Assembly: GCF_009914755.1 (NCBI RefSeq)
Contig: NC_060933.1
DNA: 64,000 nucleotides
Reading direction: 5' to 3' (one strand)
DNA from: the human T2T-CHM13v2.0 reference genome, Homo sapiens
In this document: one piece after another, positions 37,989-64,000 of the stretch
Numbering within the stretch: position 1 is the first letter of the stretch
Layout of the letters: each line of letters opens with the position of its first letter
The notes under the pieces: generated by a model
The model's input: only the letters and a program-made list of their open reading frames with translations
What the model was told of the DNA's origin: nothing
Databases searched by the model: none
Translations under genes and position numbers: made by a program

Positions 37989-39464
37989 TCATGTGCCAGG
38001 TCCTGTGCTAGGCATGAAGATGAAATGGTGGGCAAGAGACATATGACCCCTGCCCACAGGGAGCTTACACTCCAGCATGGCAGATACAGTAAGGAGTCAC
38101 CATAAAATGAGGAAACATTACAAGAGACATGTAGTCTTCTACACAAGCATGCAGTGAAGGGACTGATCCTAGTGTAGGAGTCAGGGAAGGCTTCTTCTCA
38201 AAGAAGTGATATGTGAACTGATGACCTGAAGGATGAATAAAACCTGGCTAGGCAGAGCTGGGCGCTGGCAGCAAGGGAAGTGGAAAAAAGAGTCAAACAG
38301 CATGGACAAAGGCTTGGACACACACATATGCAAGCATACGATGAATTTAAGGAACTGCTAGAAGTTCTGTAAGATGAGAGCATAGACTGCAAGGGAGAGA
38401 GTGATGACAAAGGAGACTGGAGAGGTAGACAGAGGCCAAACTTAGAAGGAATTTATATCAGTAAAATTGTGATATAAGTAATAATAAATTCAAAGTGGCT
38501 AAACATTAAGATAATTTATTGGCTCATGCAACTGAAAAGTCCAGAAGCAGGTGGGCCCTAGTGTTGGCCTAATCCAGCAGCTCAATCATGTTACCAAGGA
38601 CCTCTTTCCACCACTCCACTGTGCCTTCCATGGTTTTACCTTCATCTTAAGGCTGGCTTCCATTGTGGGTACAAGATGGCTGCCCACAGTTACAATGGCT
38701 GTGTGCTTCTTTATGTGTTGTCCGCAGAGTTGGTTCCCTTAGCCATCAAATACTTCAGACAGAGAGCTTCACTGATTGGACCTCCCTAGGTCACAAGCCC
38801 ACCATGGAAACCAGGGCAATGGCGGCCCTCTGAAGGCCACGTCAGGTACTGTGAACCTTATCCTAAGGGCAATGGGAAACCATTGAAAGGCCTTAAACAG
38901 GGAGTGAGATCATCAGATGTGCCATTTTAGAAACATCACTCTGGTTGGCTGGACTCAGCAAGACCCATCAGGAGGCAGTTGCAGTCATCCAGGTAAGAGG
39001 TGACGAAAGTATGAGCCAAGATGAAAAATGTAGATGAAAAATTTAGAAGGTAGAATCCATAGGGCATGGTTATTGAATGCTAGGGTGAAGGAAAAGATGA
39101 AAGTAGAGATGGTACCAGGTTTCTGGCTTCTAGGTGGAGGGTGGTGCTATTCACTGAAGGAGGATGAAAAGGAGATTTGCGGGGAAGACAAATTCAACCT
39201 GGGGCCTGTTAAACTTGAAATACTTGTGGGACATCCAAGTGGAGATGTCTTGGGTCTTGTCTATTAGGCAGATGGTTATGGGTCTGGCATGGGGAGAGAG
39301 TCCAGCCTGGGAATACTTGGGTGTCATCAATTTATAGGAGCCATGGGAGTGGATGACACGGCCTTGCAAAGATAAGTAGCAGGATAAGGGCAAAAGCATG
39401 AGAGTCTTCAATACGAACTCATCCCTTCTCATCCTGTGCGTCCACGTCAGTTCCCCTGCACTGA

Positions 39465-39906
39465 TGGTGGACTAAATGGTGGCCCCATATAAAGACATGT
39501 CCATGTCCTAATCCCCAAGACCTGTATATGTGACCTTGTTGGGAAAAAGGGTCTTTGCAGACATAATTAGTTAAGGATCTTGAGATGAGATCATTCTGGA
39601 TTATGTTGGTAGGCCCTAAATCCAATGACAAGTGTCTCAGTGAGAGACACCCAGTGGAGACACAGGGGCAAGAGAAGGCCATGTGAAGTTGGAGTAATGC
39701 AGCTACAAGTCAAGGAATGCCTGGAGCCGCCAGAAGCTAGAAGAGGCAAGGAAGGATTCTTCCCCAGAGCCTTCAGAGAGAGTCCAGTCCTGTCAAAACC
39801 TTGATTTCAGACTCTGGCCTCCAGAACTGTGAAAAAATCCATTTCTGTTGTTTTAAGCTACCCACTTGGTGGTAATTTGTTACAGCAGCCCTTGGAAATG
39901 AATATA
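39465..39906 (+). mobile_element. MaLR LTR (MLT1B/C-like)
   Basis: gggtctttgcagacataattagttaaggatcttgagatgagatcat...ccctaaatccaatgac...tttgttacagcagcc matches MLT1. Confidence 0.75.
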
Positions 39907-41654
39907 GATGGGGAGGTAGCCAGAACTACAAGTCAGCCTCAAGGTTCTACAAGGAATTTGATCAGTCTTTGCCCCCAAGCTATGGCTTGGGAGAGGGAGC
40001 ATTTTCCCTTCTACCCCACCAGTGAATAGTTTCCTCCTCTGCCATGCTGGGATAGGCAGAGACATGTTTTAGTAACATGACCCCTCAGTGTTTGAAAACA
40101 CAAACCCTCATGAGCAAACACTTGGCCTATAATAACCACAGAGAGGTCCTGATCCAGGTGTGGGGTGCCCTGGTCAGTCAGTCCTGAGTATACTCTGTCC
40201 CAACCCGGGGAGACTCAGGAAACAATAACTCAAACCTGTTTGAGGGTTTGGCAGACTCCCAGCATGATCCAGGGTCAGAGTCCACATTCTCCACTCAGAC
40301 CAGAGACGAGAGAGACAGAGAAACAGAGCCATAGGGAATCGCATTTGAAAAATGAGTGAGCTGTAACAGAGAGCTGGATTAGTCGTTACCACATTCTGTC
40401 TTGTATAGGCCCATCCAATTCAGATATTACCATGTACTTCCATATGTCAGGGGCCAAGCAAGTTCCAAGCTAATGACAGAGCTGACCAAGACAATCAGCT
40501 GGCCATCCAGAGTGTACCCTGGACCACACTGCCATGGAGAGCTCTGAATTTGGCTCCAGAAATGGCACCCTAGAATCTTAGGCTGACTACATCTGAGGTT
40601 GACCATTTGGAGGACAGCTGTTATTCAGTCATATATATTTTGTTGTACAATATGACAGTCATCCGACAACACAGATGATTTGGAGTGCCACAAAAATGTG
40701 GTGTTGGGCCAGGCATGGTGGCTCACGCCTATAATCCCAACTCTTTTGGAGGCTGAGGTTGGAGGATCACTTGAGGTCAGAGGATCACTTGAGGTCAAGA
40801 GTTCAAGACCAACCTGGGCAATATAGCGAAACCCCATCTCTACAAAACAAATAAAAAAATTAGCCAGGGGTGGTGGCTTGTGCCTGTGGTCCTAGCTACT
40901 CAGGAGGCTGAGGCAGGGGGATCACTTGAGCCTAGGAGATCAAGCCTGCAGTGAGCTATGACGCCACTGTACTCCAGTCTGGGTGACAGAGTAAGACCTT
41001 GTCTCAAAAATAATAATAATGTAAAAAGTTATGTCATGTTTATGGGATAGTTGTGGACATGCACAGGTCATTGACAATGAGCTCCTTGAGGGCAGAGAAT
41101 ATATCTTAGTCAATTTGGTATTTCTCAAGCATCTGGCAAGGTAATCTGCAAAAAGAAAATGCTCAATAATGGCTGTTGAATAAAAGACTGACTCAATCAA
41201 GTACGGACCCTGCCCTTATGGAGCTGAAGGCCGTTAGAGCAGATAAAATGAGTTATCACCCTTATATGAGTTAGACGGTGGACAAGGTTATTATTGAGGG
41301 CAGGCAAAGAACTGGGTTGGCTCAAAGATGCCAGGGATCTTTTCCAGACTAGTGGTAGAGGGTTGGTTAAGGAGTTTCCTGAAGGAGGTGGCCTTTCATC
41401 TGAGTTTCAAAGAACAGAAGGGATTAGACAGGGAGGACAGTAAAATTTTTTTTTTTTTTTGAAACAGTCTCGCTTTGTCGCCCAGGCTGGAGTGCAGTGG
41501 CGCGATCTTGGCTTACTACAAGCTTTGCCTCCTGGGTTCACGCCATTCTCCTGCCTCAGCCTCCTGAGTAGCTGGGACTACAGGCGGCCGCCACCACGCC
41601 CGGCTAATTTTTTTTTTTTTTTTTTTCAGTAGAGACGGGGTTTCACTATGTTAG

Positions 41655-41793
<139 letters not shown>

Positions 41794-42426
41794 TAGCTGA
41801 GATTACAGGTGCCTGCCACCATGCCCAGCTAATTTTTGTATTTTTAGTAGAGACGGGGTTTCACCATGTTGGCCAGGCTGGTCTCGAACTCCTGACCTCA
41901 GGTGATCTGCACACCTCGGCCTCCCAAAGTGCTGGTATTAGAGGCATGAGCCACTGCACCTGGCCAGTAAAACTATTTGTGACACAGCAGCAAGTGCACA
42001 AGCACTGACCTATCAGAGTTGAAGGTGGCTGAGGCACTCAAGTGGGCTCCTGGGGACTCTGTTATGCCAGGGAATACCTCTTTAGATAAGGGATCAGGAG
42101 GTCTGGAGGGTCCCTAAGGAAGAGCTAGGGTAGCAGGGGTACCCTGGAGCTAGGGGCCATGGCTATATGCCAACAGGATTAGAAATATCTTAATGTATTT
42201 AATTAACCTACACAACCATATTGGTGGGTGCCTACTGAATATTAGCCCTAGATATGGACCTGAAATGGCCTTATTCTCTTTTAGTTTGTTTAAGCCAATG
42301 GAGCCTTACTAGAATGTGAGCTACAAAACAGTAGAGCTATTCTCTATTCAATGCTGCATCTGTAGGGCCTAGAACAGCACCTGAAGGACTGGCGGAGGCT
42401 TAATAAATTGTTAAAAGGGCAGACTA

Positions 42427-42695
42427 GCCAGGTGTGATGGCGTGTGCCTGTAGTCCCAGCTACTTGGGAGGCTGAGGCAGGAGGATCACTTGATCCCAGG
42501 ATTTCTGGGCTGTAGTGTAGTATACCAGTCAGGTGTCTGCACTAAGTTCTGCATCAACCTGGTTGCCTAAGGATGGTTGAACTGACCCAGGTGGAAATTG
42601 GAGCAGGTCAAAACTCAATGCTGATCAGTAACAGGGTCGCACCTGTAAATAGCCACCGCCCTCCAGCCTGGGCAACACAGTGAGATCCCATCTCT
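42427..42695 (+). pseudogene. 7SL (SRP RNA) processed pseudogene with an internal deletion
   Basis: Alu-domain ends enclose S-domain sequence (ctaagttc.gcatcaa...ttgcctaagga...ggagcaggtcaaaactc..tgctgatcagta); A-rich tail. Confidence 0.85.
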
Positions 42696-42796
42696 AAAAT
42701 AAATTTTAAAAATAATTAATTAGAAAAAAAAACCAGCCTGTAATCCCAGCACTTTGGGAGGCCAAGGCGGGCAGATCACCTGAGGTCAGGAGTTCA

Positions 42797-42961
<165 letters not shown>

Positions 42962-43407
42962 TCACTCCAGCCTGGGTAGCAGAGTGCGACTCTGTCTCAA
43001 AAAAAAAAAAAAAGAAAGAAAAGAAAAGAAAAAGAAAAGAAAAGAAAAAAACTGGGAGGCCTAAGCCCATTCTTGGTGTCCTCACACTCTTCTGCCCCAT
43101 CTCCTTGCACCCAGTCTTCCCCTGCAATCTGTGCTCCATACTAGCCCTCAAGCCCTCAACGTGACCTAGTATGAGAACTGGATTCTGTCACTCTCCTGCT
43201 CATAATATTTTATGCCTTCCCTTTGCCCAGAATATCATTCTCCCTATTGTTTTTACCAATGGAACTGGTATTTCTTCAAGGACATGATCAAATTTGCCTA
43301 CTTCTATATTATCTTCTAAAGCAGAATTCATCTCTCTTCCCTCAATATGATGATATTGACAGGGTTTGCCCTCACTCACTAGATTGTGAGCTGCTCAGGG
43401 CAGGTAG

Positions 43408-43728
<321 letters not shown>

Positions 43729-44499
43729 TAGCCCAGTGCTGGACCTATGGTAGTACTAAATAAATATTTGTTGAATGCAATAGTAAATAGCATTTCAGGG
43801 AGCAAGAACTAGATTAACAAAGGTGGTAAAAGGTTTGGAGAAAAAAATAATAGTTTAATTTGGCTAGAGTATGAGGGAGAGTAGTAGGAGACAAGATGGA
43901 AAGGTCTCTTGGGCAAGGTTTTGAAGGAAGTTGGAAGTCAGAAGTACACAATGTGCATATCGTGGCAGGCAGTGGGGAGCCAATGAAGGCTTTTGAGCAG
44001 GAGAGTAATGTGTTGAAAAATAAATATAGGTTAAACCTATCAGAGCCCCTCTGACACATACACTTGCTTTTCATTCAAGCTCAAGTTTGTCTCCCACATA
44101 CCCATTACTTAACTCACCCTCGGGCTCCCCTAGCAGCCTGCCCTACCTCTTTACCTGCTTCCTGGTGGAGTCAGGGATGTATACATGAGCTGCTTTCCCT
44201 CTCAGCCAGAGGACATGGGGGCCCCAGCTCCCCTGCCTTTCCCCTTCTGTGCCTGGAGCTGGGAAGCAGGCCAGGGTTAGCTGAGGCTGGCTGGCAAGCA
44301 GCTGGGTGGTGCCAGGGAGAGCCTGCATAGTGCCAGGTGGTGCCTTGGGTTCCAAGCTGAGTCCATGGCCCCGATAACCTTCTGCCTGTGCACACACCTG
44401 CCCCTCACTCCACCCCCATCCTAGCTTTGGTATGGGGGAGAGGGCACAGGGCCAGACAAACCTGTGAGACTTTGGCTCCATCTCTGCAAAAGGGCGCTC

Positions 44500-44570
44500 T
44501 GTGAGTCAGCCTGCTCCCCTCCAGGCTTGCTCCTCCCCCACCCAGCTCTCGTTTCCAATGCACGTACAGC
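44500..44570 (+). promoter_or_regulatory. CA9: CA9 TATA-less promoter: AP-1 TGAGTCA (44502-44508), Sp1-type box (~44530-44543), HRE TACGTGCA on the minus strand (44559-44566)
   Basis: Motifs read directly; arrangement matches the known hypoxia-inducible CA9 promoter. Confidence 0.88.
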
Positions 44571-44610
44571 CCGTACACACCGTGTGCTGGGACACCCCAC
44601 AGTCAGCCGC

Positions 44611-51677
<7,067 letters not shown>

Positions 51678-52238
51678 AGGCTGGATCTTGGAGAATGTGA
51701 GAAGCCAGCCAGAGGCATCTGAGGGGGAGCCGGTAACTGTCCTGTCCTGCTCATTATGCCACTTCCTTTTAACTGCAAAGAAATTTTTTAAAATAAATAT
51801 TTATAATAAAATATGTGTTAGTCACCTTTGTTCCCCAAATCAGAAGGATGGTATTTGAATTTCCTATTACTGTTATTAGCACGAATTTAGTGGTAATGCA
51901 TTTATTCTATTACAGTTCGGAGGTCAGCAGTCAGATGTCAGTAGGGCTTGTTCCTCCTTCCACACATCACTCCAATCTCTTGCTCCCATTGTCACAACTC
52001 CTACCTCCACATTTGACCTCCTTGTCTCCTCAAGAACCCTTGGGATTACACTGGGCCTAACTAGATAACCAAGGATAATCATCCCATCTCAAAATCTTAA
52101 TCACCAAGTTTCTTCCCATGTAAGATAAGAACAATGCACAGGATTAGAACATGGACATCTTTGGAGAAGGGGAATTATTCTGCCTACCACAGATGCTATC
52201 AGGAAGAGGACAGAAATGACTGATACTGTTGGGATGGC

Positions 52239-52268
52239 TGTGTGTGTGTGTGTGTTTGTGTGTGTGTG
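52239..52268. repeat. (GT)n microsatellite
   Basis: Read directly from the sequence. Confidence 0.85.
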
Positions 52269-52732
52269 CAGTGTATGTGTTGAGGGGTAGGGCAGACAGC
52301 AGCCCTAGGCTTAACATCACACTCAGGCTTTTGGGTTTTCACCCTGCTCAAGGAAAATGTGTCACTTCTTGCAGTTTTTGCTTCAGGACGTGCTGTCTGG
52401 CCCAGCTGGCTGCTGGAACAGGGCGGTGCTATGGATGGCAGCTCCTCTGCCTGTAGGGCACAAGGCCCACGATGTCCCCCAGTCCTGTCAGACTCCCTGC
52501 TTCACAGAGCCTGTTCACAGCCCCTCCTCAATGAGCCCAGGCCCTCCATCCCAGTTTCCCCTGAAAAGGAAGTCCCAATGCAGAGCAAGGACCCAGGCCC
52601 TGCTCATTCAGGGGTCCCTCAAACTCCATTGCCAACACCAAAGAAAGGATTAAAGGGCCTTGAGAGGCTAGTAACATCAGTTTTATTGGGTTGGGGTGGC
52701 AACCATAGCCTGGCTGGGGGTGGGGCTGGCCC

Positions 52733-62050
<9,318 letters not shown>

Positions 62051-62364
62051 TCCGTGGAAGACGCCTCATCCACCAGTAGCCTATGCTAGACCACTGGGTA
62101 TCCCCTGCCCTTCGCGTCTCACAACCACCTAATCCTGGAGAGGCTGCCTTCTACCAAGGAGGTTCCTCCTCGGGTCGGTCTGAGCTGGCCTCTGGCCGCG
62201 CCTTATGTTTTCTTCAGTCTGTTTTGTAGTCTTACTTCTAGTTCCTCAACTCATTCATTCATTTGACTGTCCCATGACATTGTTGTCAAATATCTTTTTA
62301 AAAGTTAATGCGAATATTATCTAAAATTCTCCAAAACCCCTCCCTAATCCCTGTCCCCCCACCT

Positions 62365-64000
<1,636 letters not shown>

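Noticed and set aside
40762-40797. Short tandem duplication (gaggatcacttgaggtca) inside an Alu
   Set aside because: Ordinary slippage duplication with no evident consequence.
44464-44610. In-frame N-terminal extension of the CA9 exon 1 ORF
   Set aside because: It starts at a GTG upstream of the HRE and expected TSS, so it is not in the normal mRNA.

Overview
This is mammalian, almost certainly human, genomic DNA. The gene order SIT1(-), RMRP(-), CCDC107(+), ARHGEF39(-), CA9(+), TPM2(-) matches what I know of 9p13.3. I rebuilt all five protein-coding genes by hand from GT-AG boundaries into full-length ORFs: SIT1 196 aa, CCDC107 283 aa, ARHGEF39 335 aa, CA9 459 aa and TPM2 284 aa (mutually exclusive exons 6a/6b, two alternative last exons). 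RMRP has its type-3 Pol III promoter and terminator. The first 17 kb is repeat-dominated. It holds the most unusual structure: a HERV-H provirus (GTCCC TSDs, Phe-like PBS, pro-pol-env and nearly all of the 3' LTR deleted). Its gag is split by a 3.8-kb L1-type retrocopy of a HERV-W read-through transcript that carries a complete LTR17 plus about 1.27 kb of 3'-transduced flank. Other points of interest are a CpG-retaining Alu truncated at the RMRP terminator and facing it, two locally templated insertions, an orphan ZNF143-type CpG island, several alleles that differ from the reference as I recall it, and long AG-exclusion zones at the regulated TPM2 exons. Repeat family names and reference-allele comparisons come from memory of consensus sequences and need database confirmation. 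Novelty could not be checked.
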